DNA of 64,000 bases from Candidatus Saccharimonadales bacterium (GTDB lineage Bacteria; Patescibacteriota; Saccharimonadia; Saccharimonadales; UBA4665): contig JBBRZI010000001.1 of the NCBI GenBank assembly GCA_038236865.1, forward strand, positions 9,238-73,237, read 5' to 3'. Shown here in pieces: positions 18,773 through 27,065 of the stretch. Made by a program: the position numbers and the translations under genes. Each line of letters begins with the position of its first letter. Within the stretch, counting starts at the first letter, position 1. Under the pieces are notes generated by a model. It made no database searches and was not told where the DNA came from. It saw only the letters and a program-made list of their open reading frames with translations.

Positions 18773-18906
18773 ATTCTAGGAGTATAGCACTTTTAATCTG
18801 ATGGTAAGCTGATTGGTATCACAGAGCAGTTGGTGCGGCTGCTGGCTCTGGCCTGGCCCACCCTAGCCGGGTTACTACCACCCAGCCGCGCTAGATTCGC
18901 CCTGAA

Positions 18907-19545
18907 TTATACTTTTTTTGCAAAGCAGTAGATCCAGTTAAGACGGCGTTTACTGTGGCCCCAGCGCTCGATCTCGTTCACGACGTAGATTGAAGTGATG
19001 GATAGTCCGCTCGCTGCAACTAGAGCGGCCGTAGATTCAATCGTTTGGTAATTAAAATACCAAACATTATCACCGCCCAATTCGGCCACGAACTGCTCTT
19101 CGCCCGAACCTTGTTTGAGTGATATGAACATACCGCCACCAGGTATCAAGACCCGCTGGAACTCGGCTAAGGCGGTCGCTATATCTGCGTCGTTCAGATG
19201 GAGCAGCGTTGCGTGACACCAGATACCGGCTATACTTTCGTCGCCAAATTTTAGTGTGCGGATATCCATGTTTTCAAAAGTTAACTCAGGGTGAAGCTGG
19301 TTGGCCCGACTGAGCAACTTTTCTGACAAATCTATGCCGACGACCTTTTGGCTGTGCTCAGCAAACTTTGCGGTATCACGACCGAAGGCACAACCAGCGT
19401 CTAACACGGGCAGATCCCCGCCCGGTAACATGGCGAGTAGGTTCGCCAGCTCTTCGCCCGGTGACACGTCGGCCGTGGCCAGTTCGTACTCGGCTGAGCT
19501 TGCATCGTATGCGGCGATTGTTTGGGTTAGATACTCACTAGCCAT
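18907..19545 (-). CDS. Class I SAM-dependent methyltransferase
   Basis: 212 aa with the VLDAGCAFGRD motif I. Confidence 0.8.
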   Translation of the reverse strand: MASEYLTQTIAAYDASSAEYELATADVSPGEELANLLAMLPGGDLPVLDAGCAFGRDTAKFAEHSQKVVGIDLSEKLLSRANQLHPELTFENMDIRTLKFGDESIAGIWCHATLLHLNDADIATALAEFQRVLIPGGGMFISLKQGSGEEQFVAELGGDNVWYFNYQTIESTAALVAASGLSITSIYVVNEIERWGHSKRRLNWIYCFAKKV

Positions 19546-19684
19546 GACTCTATCATAAACCTTTCCAACCAGGAAAGAAGGTTTCTAAGAAGTCTTCCCC
19601 GCAACAACGGGCGCTCTCCCAAGTGAACGGGCGCTGCTCACTGTCTGATACGTATTGTCAGCTACACTTTGAAAACGTAGGCAA

Positions 19685-20161
19685 TTAGCCGTTCAACGGC
19701 TTAAAGAGCGCGTCTACCAAGTGCTCGGCTTGTTTGTAAAAGCCCGGCCGCTGTTCTTTTTCGAGTTTGATGGTGGCGTGCAGTTTATGCATGGCTGGGT
19801 GGACTTCAAGCGTCGCGAGCAACTGTTTAAACTCGGTGTCGATGGCAGACAGCTCCCCATCCGTTAAGGATTCGAGACCAATAAAAGTATCACGAGCTTT
19901 TTTGTCGGCCGATATCAATTCGTTGAGCTTGAGCTGGATGGCTTTACTTTCACGATACTGGGTGTTCTGGATAGAAAACACCATGATAAAGATAATAACA
20001 TCGGTAATAACCGTGATGGTTATGAGCCAAGTGTTAGAAAAGTGATAATAGGGTCCCGTAAGGAGCCAGGCCAGCACGCCGGCAATCGACAGCATGAACG
20101 CATTGGTCGAGCTCGCTAAACGTGACACGGCAATAGAGAATTGTTGTAATGGTTTTTTCAT
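19685..20161 (-). CDS. Low-affinity iron permease (Fet4-like) family membrane protein
   Basis: 158 aa with two TM helices. NTWLITITVITDVIIFIMVFSIQNTQYRESKAIQLKLNELI resembles the bacterial low-affinity Fe permease family, recognised by eye. Confidence 0.55.
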   Translation of the reverse strand: MKKPLQQFSIAVSRLASSTNAFMLSIAGVLAWLLTGPYYHFSNTWLITITVITDVIIFIMVFSIQNTQYRESKAIQLKLNELISADKKARDTFIGLESLTDGELSAIDTEFKQLLATLEVHPAMHKLHATIKLEKEQRPGFYKQAEHLVDALFKPLNG

Positions 20162-20233
20162 ATTTACTTAGATACCTCAGCACCTAGTATAAGTCATATT
20201 GCTAGCGGTTGCTACGATGCTGGCCGATTATGG

Positions 20234-20761
20234 CTAGCGCAGCACCCAGCTTTTATCCGGTTGCACGGATAAAACTGCAAAATCTACCGACAGCACGTGC
20301 CCAAAGTAAGTTTGGTCGGCGTCTTCGGGTACTGGCAGACTGGCGGCATAGACTACCTCCAAAGGTTTGCCATCTGGCTGGGCTAGTTGGAGCGTTGCCC
20401 GTCTAAGATCTATTGCCGTCAGTATGCCCTGAGCTACGATTGATTTGTCTTGTGGATTTGTCAGCTGAAGCTCGAGGCTGGCGGCGACTAAGTTTTCAGC
20501 TGAGCTGGCTCGCCAGCTCAGCTTATTCTCCTGAATGGCTATTTCTGTAGTCAGATCCTGGTAGACTTCAAAGGCGTACACCGCACTTTTAGTGCTGCGG
20601 TCGGGTAGCTCGAGACGGTGTATATGCTCGGCTAAATCATCAACTTGCGCCTGCTTGCTGGCGGCGTGGCGCAGTATTTCACCGGCGATGCTGCCGAGCC
20701 AGGCTTGCTCGCGCGTTGAGGTGGCAAGTTTGCGTTCACTGTTGGATGTACATTTACTCAT
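20234..20761 (-). CDS. Hypothetical protein
   Basis: 175-aa ORF with no recognisable motif. Confidence 0.45.
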   Translation of the reverse strand: MSKCTSNSERKLATSTREQAWLGSIAGEILRHAASKQAQVDDLAEHIHRLELPDRSTKSAVYAFEVYQDLTTEIAIQENKLSWRASSAENLVAASLELQLTNPQDKSIVAQGILTAIDLRRATLQLAQPDGKPLEVVYAASLPVPEDADQTYFGHVLSVDFAVLSVQPDKSWVLR

Positions 20762-20915
20762 GAGTCAGTATTATACAACTATTCGCAAAAAAAGAAAGGT
20801 TTAGGCATTTTAATTCAATAGCGGCTGTGGCTACTGACGATAGTGCGCAGGCCAGAAGGCGCGCAAGCTAAGCTAGAGATTTTTTAGAGGGCTGCACACA
20901 GGGCTGGTGCAACAG

Positions 20916-21302
20916 CTATTTCTTCTTTTTGGCGGCTTGCTTGGCTTGATTTAGCGCTATGGCAGCCCGAATCAGAGCCTTTAACGATGCCTCGTGGATT
21001 GTATCGCCGGCCTGGAATTCGACGGCTCGCCGTTGGTTGCCCTTAAGTTCGGCGTTGAAAGTATTGTCCGGGTCTGGCAGACTAGCACCGTACAAAAAGC
21101 TTACGCTGACCTTGGTCTTAAAAGCGTTCCCAACTGCGAGCAGTCCCCCATCATAATACCAACAGGGCGATCCCATATACTTCCAGTCTTCTACTACCTC
21201 CGAGTCAGCCTCGTGAAACAGTTGGCGCAGCCGGGCTAGCGTTGGCCCGCGCCAGTCGGTGAGACCCGCTATGAAACGATCAATCTGCTCGGTTGGGGTC
21301 AT
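20916..21302 (-). CDS. DUF1801 (YdhG-like) domain protein
   Basis: 128 aa with the DWKYMGSPCWYYDGGLLAVGNAFKTKVSVSFLYGASLPDP pattern. Confidence 0.65.
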   Translation of the reverse strand: MTPTEQIDRFIAGLTDWRGPTLARLRQLFHEADSEVVEDWKYMGSPCWYYDGGLLAVGNAFKTKVSVSFLYGASLPDPDNTFNAELKGNQRRAVEFQAGDTIHEASLKALIRAAIALNQAKQAAKKKK

Positions 21303-21468
21303 AAAGTCACGTCTCCATACTCATCCAAATAGTATAGCAGCTAGACTTTAGCAGTTTCTACACATAATCAAATCTTGGATGTGTCTTGGAGGCGTGGTTT
21401 TGGCAGGCTACTACGGACTGTCGTAAAAAATACTTGCATCTGTGCGTCAAATACTACATACTAATTTC

Positions 21469-22467
21469 ATGGAAAACGCCACCGGACCTTTACCCTCCGA
21501 AGAATCGAGGCCTCAGCTCCAACCTACAGAGGCTAGAGCGTCACTATTTGATGCAGCAGCAGAAAACCAGGTTCTCAACCTAGAGCCAATGCTGCTTAGC
21601 CAACGGCCGACTGAAGCTGCAGCGACAGCACCGGACATCATTCCGCGTTACCGAATTGCGAGTGCGTACATCCAGGTAGCATTAGTCAAAGATAATTTTA
21701 CTAAAAAGGATGTTGTTGACTATCTACTTGAACGAGGCGTGAGCCGGCAGGATGCCAATGAAGGCCTACGGGCGCATGTGTATCTTGGCAATTATGCCCT
21801 ACGGGCTGCCCAAGCCGGGGATGCCGCCAGCCGAATTATTATGCCGCAACCTACCAAACGGCCCAAGTTCGACAGACAGGCAGTCACGCTACCGCCGCAA
21901 CGAGTCGTCACCCCAGCCGAGCGCCAGGCGGCTATTGCTGCGCAGCCAGCGATCGATGATCGCCACTGGTTTCCCGGCACCGTCATGGTTGGTTCGCAGG
22001 TGCCGCCCGAATTGCTGACGAACATGCAACGGGGCTTTATTGCCATGCTCGAGCCCAGTAGCCTGGCGTCTGCCCTCGTGCCGCTCGAGGATACCGCGTA
22101 CAGTGGCATCGTCTACCCCCATATCCGACATCAGCCGGGCCAACGCAACCTGCGCCACGATCTGAATATTCTAGCCGATGATACGGTGCGAGTCTGCGGC
22201 ATGAAAGACGTGGTGCTGGACGACGAAGAAACGCTGATCGTTAATATCCTGTTAACATTTGGCAAGTTCGGTCTTATGACCAGTGCTCTAAGCGAAGCGG
22301 GTATCAGCCAGCCTTGGCACGCCATGAAGGCGTTACGGCACAAAATGAATCGTAACGCGCACGGTGTTATCAACAAATATCTCCTCGGCACAGTCCCGGT
22401 AAATGTCTTAGGGCCCGCTCCAGCCCAGGTTCGGATAAAAGATATGCGCTCGCCGCTATCGGCTTAA
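21469..22467 (+). CDS. Hypothetical protein (possible C-terminal HTH)
   Basis: ORF starts at GTG 21442 or ATG 21469. The C-terminal ETLIVNILLTFGKFGLMTSALSEAGISQPWHAMKALRHKMN loosely resembles a LuxR-type HTH. Confidence 0.45.
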   Translation: MENATGPLPSEESRPQLQPTEARASLFDAAAENQVLNLEPMLLSQRPTEAAATAPDIIPRYRIASAYIQVALVKDNFTKKDVVDYLLERGVSRQDANEGLRAHVYLGNYALRAAQAGDAASRIIMPQPTKRPKFDRQAVTLPPQRVVTPAERQAAIAAQPAIDDRHWFPGTVMVGSQVPPELLTNMQRGFIAMLEPSSLASALVPLEDTAYSGIVYPHIRHQPGQRNLRHDLNILADDTVRVCGMKDVVLDDEETLIVNILLTFGKFGLMTSALSEAGISQPWHAMKALRHKMNRNAHGVINKYLLGTVPVNVLGPAPAQVRIKDMRSPLSA

Positions 22468-22614
22468 CCCTATTGGCCAGGCTTGTAGCAACTCTGGCTC
22501 AAACAATTGCATAGACACACCAAGAGGTATGTTATGGCTGGAGCTTGTGGATGTACTGCGCAACTTTAATTCAATAATAGTTGGGAAAAGTGGATGTGTT
22601 TCGGGATGAATATA

Positions 22615-22965
22615 TTAAGTCTGAACAATGGGAAATTTGCCTGTTTGCAACAGGCTATATGAATCAACCTGCACAACGGCGTCAATATTCAGCGGTCCAT
22701 ACAAATGAGGGAACGTATCATCGGGGTAAGTAGCTCGTTCATCCTTAACTTTAGCTTCTAGCTTTGCTGGATCGATAGTTAGCAATCGCAGGTCCAGTGT
22801 TTCACGATAGATTAAATCAGCAACAGTATTCACCTGATAGGCATACGCTAAGTGAATAAAGCCGTCTTTGTCAAAACTACGAGTCAGCGAGCTTACTTGG
22901 TACAATCCGGCTGCTTGTGCCTGTGCCCAATCCGTTGCTTTAGCAATATGGTAAAGATACTTCAT
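22615..22965 (-). CDS. DUF952 domain protein
   Basis: 116 aa with MKYLYHIAKATDW...GFIHLAYAYQV...FPHLYGPLNIDAV. Confidence 0.7.
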   Translation of the reverse strand: MKYLYHIAKATDWAQAQAAGLYQVSSLTRSFDKDGFIHLAYAYQVNTVADLIYRETLDLRLLTIDPAKLEAKVKDERATYPDDTFPHLYGPLNIDAVVQVDSYSLLQTGKFPIVQT

Positions 22966-23052
22966 GCACTCACTATAACAAAAAGACCTCTCGAGAGAAT
23001 GTCCTATGTGTAAGTCTTTGGCTAAGCCTAAAGGCTTATGCCGGGTTTCAGC

Positions 23053-23997
23053 TTAAAATGTAATCACAATTTTGCCAGGTGTATGGCCGGTTTGGCTCAG
23101 CTGGTGTGCTTGGCGTAAGCCCTTTTCTGAGAAAGGTAACGTTTCGGCGATCGTGACCGTCACCTTTCCGGTCCGAATCAGCTCAAATAACGCGGCGAGC
23201 TGTTCACCGTTGGGGCTCATCATGACGGGTTGCAACTGAATGTTATGGGTAGCTGCGTAACTTTGGGTATCGGGGTCGATTGATCCAAGCACGAGCATTG
23301 TGCGGGGGCCGTGCTCGCCAAAAACCTTTAGACTTTTACGTTGTGTTTCGCCGCCGACCGCGTCAATCACCAGATCAATGTCAGTGACTTGGGTCGAAAA
23401 ATCGTCATGTTCGTAATCGATGACTTCGTCGGCTCCTAGCTTGGTTAGGTAGTCGGCATTAGGCTTGCGGGCGGTGGTAATAACGTAAGCCCCAGCCAAT
23501 TTCGCAAATTGGATGGCAAACGAGCCAACACCACCAGTACCGGCATGAATTAATATCCGCTGACCCTGCTGTATGTCGGCAAAGTCATGCAGTGCTTGCC
23601 ATGCAGTTAAGCCGGCGAGCGGCGTGGCGGCGGCTTCTTTAAAGCTCATCTCTTCGGGGATGCGAGCGATATCGCTTTCGGCAACCTCAACGTACTCGGC
23701 GTACGTTCCCTGGGGTGTCGCAGCCCGTCGGCCGGCAACCCTATCACCCACCTTCCAGGCGGTAACTCCCTTGCCAATCTCTACCACGGTGCCGGCAAGA
23801 TCAAACCCGAGTACAATCGGAAAATCCCAACGTATCACGCTCTGTAAATAACCTTCTCGAATCTTCCAATCGATCGGGTTAATCGACGTGGCGGCCAGCT
23901 TGACGATCAGGTTATGTTCGGTCGGAGTTGGTGTGGGTGTTTCGATAGCCTGTAGGGTATCGGCTCCACCGTATGAGTTGATTGCAATTGCTTTCAA
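23053..23997 (-). CDS. NAD(P)H-dependent medium-chain (quinone oxidoreductase-like) dehydrogenase
   Basis: 314 aa with the MDR pattern PIDWKIREGY...GDRVAG...ILIHAGTGGVGSFAIQFAKLAGA. Confidence 0.85.
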   Translation of the reverse strand: MKAIAINSYGGADTLQAIETPTPTPTEHNLIVKLAATSINPIDWKIREGYLQSVIRWDFPIVLGFDLAGTVVEIGKGVTAWKVGDRVAGRRAATPQGTYAEYVEVAESDIARIPEEMSFKEAAATPLAGLTAWQALHDFADIQQGQRILIHAGTGGVGSFAIQFAKLAGAYVITTARKPNADYLTKLGADEVIDYEHDDFSTQVTDIDLVIDAVGGETQRKSLKVFGEHGPRTMLVLGSIDPDTQSYAATHNIQLQPVMMSPNGEQLAALFELIRTGKVTVTIAETLPFSEKGLRQAHQLSQTGHTPGKIVITF

Positions 23998-24026
23998 GTT
24001 TTATCCTTTGTCGTTTTACTTTACTT

Positions 24027-24042
24027 TGTATAGTATATCACA
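24027..24042. promoter_or_regulatory. CRP-like box (TGTAT-N6-TCACA) upstream of cassette B
   Basis: tgtatagtatatcaca matches 9 of 10 half-site positions. It lies 126 nt upstream of the ATG at 24168. Confidence 0.3.
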
Positions 24043-24167
24043 TGCCATTGCCTATCGAAATGACCACACTTAACAGGGGTACAATTGCTGGAACGGACGT
24101 CCGATCAGTACTATTCTTGGACTAATGCTCATGTTATACTGACTAGACTTTTAGTATAAGGTGGCAC

Positions 24168-25403
24168 ATGGGTAACTATAAGGTAATAGCAAGTCAAGCG
24201 ATTACCCCTTCTACACAACTTCTGACATTGCAATACGTTCAGGGTGAACGTATGGTGTTCCGGCCGGGCCAGTACGCAGCCATTAATGGCTACAAGGGGC
24301 ACCGGGCGATGCCGATTCGCTGTTTTTCATTTGTTACCTCGCCGACTGATGCGGAATTGCTCCAATTCGCGATGCGCGTCAAAGGTCACTTTACGAAAGC
24401 TGTGGCCAATTTGCCCGTCGGCGAACAGGTACATGTGCAGGGCCCCTACGGTGGCTTCGTCATGAATGGTCACGAGGAAGCCAAAGTTGTCTTTTTGGCC
24501 GGCGGAATCGGCATTACGCCGTTCATGAGTATGATCCGATTTGCCACGATTACCCATGCTGCGACTGATATGCGACTGGTCTACGCTGCCCAATCCCAGG
24601 ATGACATTCCGTTTCTAAATGAACTGAAATGGCACAGAGGAAAGAACCTTAACTTCACCCCAACATTCGTCGTCTCCAAAGGGCCACGAAACAGCTTAGA
24701 GGGCTATCAGTCGACCGAGGGCCGGATTACGAGCGAAGTACTGGAATCGATTGTTGGCGTGACATATGCCGATACAGCCACGACTTTTTATATCTGTGGT
24801 CCGCCGCCGTTTATGAATGGCATGCTACAGCTACTGCTGAGCAAAGGCATCAGCCGATCGCGTATTAATACCGAGGCCTTCAGCCAGGGCAAGAACCGCC
24901 AGACCGGTTTGGTGCGGGATTGGCCATTCAGTATGTATGGCCTGTCCGCGCTCGCTACCGCTGCGGCGCTGCTGGCGATTACGACGGGTGATTTTATCCG
25001 GACAGTACCCAGATTGACGACGACCAAACATTCACTTTCCCTCGGCGACAATGGTACGGTCAATCAGCGCCAATCCGACATTGATGCGCTCATCAACTCC
25101 TTACCGGCGAGCAGTACTAGTGGTCAGTCTTCACCAGCCGTCCAGTCCGCCGTGGCCGCGGCGACGCCGCCGGCCCCGGCCGTCAACCCGTCAACCAGCG
25201 TGGCCATACTGCCCTTTAATCATCTGACCACTCCAGTCGCGAAGGCGCCAGCTTCCGGAACGGCAACATCAACGTCGACCCCAACGTCGACCTCAACGTC
25301 GACCCCGGCACCGACCCCCACTCCCACTCCAGCACCGACCCCAAAGCCAACCCCTGCTCCGGTATGTACGACCAGTCAAAGTGGGGTAACGACGTGCAAA
25401 TAG
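24168..25403 (+). CDS. Cassette B gene 1: FNR-type FAD/NAD(P)H oxidoreductase with C-terminal TM helix and long Pro/Thr/Ser-rich tail
   Basis: Contains RCFS, GPYGGF, FLAGGIGITPFMSM and FYICGPPPFM. These are followed by a TM helix (YGLSALATAAALLAITTGDF) and a tail ending ...PTPAPVCTTSQSGVTTCK. Confidence 0.8.
   Translation: MGNYKVIASQAITPSTQLLTLQYVQGERMVFRPGQYAAINGYKGHRAMPIRCFSFVTSPTDAELLQFAMRVKGHFTKAVANLPVGEQVHVQGPYGGFVMNGHEEAKVVFLAGGIGITPFMSMIRFATITHAATDMRLVYAAQSQDDIPFLNELKWHRGKNLNFTPTFVVSKGPRNSLEGYQSTEGRITSEVLESIVGVTYADTATTFYICGPPPFMNGMLQLLLSKGISRSRINTEAFSQGKNRQTGLVRDWPFSMYGLSALATAAALLAITTGDFIRTVPRLTTTKHSLSLGDNGTVNQRQSDIDALINSLPASSTSGQSSPAVQSAVAAATPPAPAVNPSTSVAILPFNHLTTPVAKAPASGTATSTSTPTSTSTSTPAPTPTPTPAPTPKPTPAPVCTTSQSGVTTCK
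25270..25305. repeat. 3 x 12-bp in-frame tandem repeat (CAACGTCGACCY) inside the B1 tail
   Basis: caacgtcgaccc / caacgtcgacct / caacgtcgaccc, read directly. It encodes part of TSTSTPTSTSTSTP. Confidence 0.85.
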
Positions 25404-26353
25404 TTCTCCGGCACGATACCAAGCAGGCGCTTGGAGGCGACGTGACAGTTGTGCTGGCCGTCGATGCTCGACGCATTGTCGAACCGGTATTTCGGCGTAT
25501 TTGGGAACAAGTCTTTGGATTTGAACGGCAATTTAGTCGATTTTTACCGGACAGTGAGCTGTCGCAGTTCAATCGTGGCGCCGGAGTGCGCCAGGATATT
25601 TCGGAAGCATTTGCTACATTGTTGACCGCATCCCAAGCGATGAGCCAGGCTACCGACGGCCTGCATAACCCGTTCATCTTGCCAGCGGTCCAGCGGGCGG
25701 GCTATCTCGATTCGGCGGTCGCCGGCTATCGTGCTGACAAGTCAGATGATTTTCGTGATCGGGCCGTCGTTTCGGCTGATCATTTGCAGCTCGAAACCAA
25801 CCGACAGGCCACCATCCCCTATGGTACCGCCCTTGACCTGGGCGGTTGCGGCAAGGGCTACCTGGCCGATGCCATTGCCGATGAACTTGATCGAGCTGAC
25901 CTGGTGGGGTATTGGGTGTCGCTCAGTGGTGATATGGTCACCTGTGGCTTTGACGAACAGGGCCAACCGTGGGAAACAGGTATTGTTTCGGCCCGCACGC
26001 CACAAGCCGAATCACCAGCATATGTGGCTGGGAACGGTGAGCGATTGCATATCGCAACCTCCGGCACGTTCCTTCGGCCTGGGCAGGCCAAACTGCGGGG
26101 GCATCACCTGATCGATCCCCGAACCGGCCAAGCGGCGCAAACCGATATTAAGCTGGCGACCGTTATCGCGCCTTCGGCTATTTTGGCCGATGTATTGGCC
26201 TCAGCGGCGACTATCATTGGCAACCAGCAAGCGATACCGTATCTGAAGTCTCGGGGTGCGCTCGGAGCGGTTATACAGACGGCCCGACGTGATTATACAT
26301 ACGGTACGCACGTCCAGACGCGTGCATCAAGGCAGGTAGCGCATGTCAGCTAG
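25364..26353 (+). CDS. apbE: Cassette B gene 2: FAD:protein FMN transferase (ApbE family)
   Basis: Contains FERQFSRFLPDSELSQFN, GTALDLGGCGKGYLADA and HHLIDPRT. Start is ATG 25364 or GTG 25394. No signal peptide or lipobox. Confidence 0.85.
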   Translation: MYDQSKWGNDVQIVLRHDTKQALGGDVTVVLAVDARRIVEPVFRRIWEQVFGFERQFSRFLPDSELSQFNRGAGVRQDISEAFATLLTASQAMSQATDGLHNPFILPAVQRAGYLDSAVAGYRADKSDDFRDRAVVSADHLQLETNRQATIPYGTALDLGGCGKGYLADAIADELDRADLVGYWVSLSGDMVTCGFDEQGQPWETGIVSARTPQAESPAYVAGNGERLHIATSGTFLRPGQAKLRGHHLIDPRTGQAAQTDIKLATVIAPSAILADVLASAATIIGNQQAIPYLKSRGALGAVIQTARRDYTYGTHVQTRASRQVAHVS

Positions 26354-27065
26354 AGTAGTCTCGCTGGTGTTAGCCCTCGTTGTGGCCGTTGGTGTCGGTA
26401 GTGTTTTGTTGACACCCGGTCACGTATTCGCAGCTGAGAACTCCGGCAATGTAACGGTCCAGGTCGTACCTGGCGAAAAGCTCAGCAGTCGTTTGCAAGG
26501 GCAGCTCAAAGTGTCATGGCCCTGGTACGTGACCAGAGCATCGGGTATCGTGGCGGCCGCGACTCTGATGATCCTGCTCTTGTCGGGAATCGGTCAGATT
26601 ACGGGGCGGACTTTCCGCCTACTCGATCCGTTAACAGCTTGGGCGTCGCACCGCGCTCTGGGCATCGTCTTTTCAGGAGCGGTGTTTATTCATATTTCCA
26701 GCCTATTATTCGATCATTTTATTACCTTTAATGTCTGGCAACTACTGGTGCCTTGGCTGTCCGGCTACCGCTCAACTCACTGGCTGGGTTTGAACGTCGG
26801 TTCTATATATGTTGCGATGGGTATCATCGCTATGTATATGACGGCCGCAATTGTCATCACTTCGCTCGTCTGGGTAGAGAAAAAGCCGGCGTTGTGGAAG
26901 CTGGTGCACTACTTATCCTATGTAACGATATTTTTGGTGTTCGTGCACGCTTTATACATTGGGACTGATATGGCGCACGGCTTTTGGCGCTGGTTATGGG
27001 TTGGACTGAATGCTCTGATATTCTTGGCGGTGGTGGCGCGGCTATGGCGAGTGAGAACCATATGA
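26343..27065 (+). CDS. Cassette B gene 3: ferric-reductase/NOX-type 6-TM heme-binding subunit
   Basis: Has HRALGIVFSGAVFIH (H-x13-H) and HYLSYVTIFLVFVH (H-x12-H). It overlaps the end of ApbE by 11 nt. Confidence 0.75.
   Translation: MSARVVSLVLALVVAVGVGSVLLTPGHVFAAENSGNVTVQVVPGEKLSSRLQGQLKVSWPWYVTRASGIVAAATLMILLLSGIGQITGRTFRLLDPLTAWASHRALGIVFSGAVFIHISSLLFDHFITFNVWQLLVPWLSGYRSTHWLGLNVGSIYVAMGIIAMYMTAAIVITSLVWVEKKPALWKLVHYLSYVTIFLVFVHALYIGTDMAHGFWRWLWVGLNALIFLAVVARLWRVRTI

Noticed and set aside
20808-20823. Shared 12-mer tttaattcaata at 20808 and 22564 as boundaries of an element
   Set aside because: Many 12-mer coincidences are expected in 64 kb, and there is no extended similarity around them.
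16803-26353. The two cassettes as a recent inverted-repeat duplication or transposon-like structure
   Set aside because: DNA-level similarity is limited to motif-coding stretches (about 70-80 percent over a few tens of nt). No terminal repeats or transposase are present. The copies are old paralogs.
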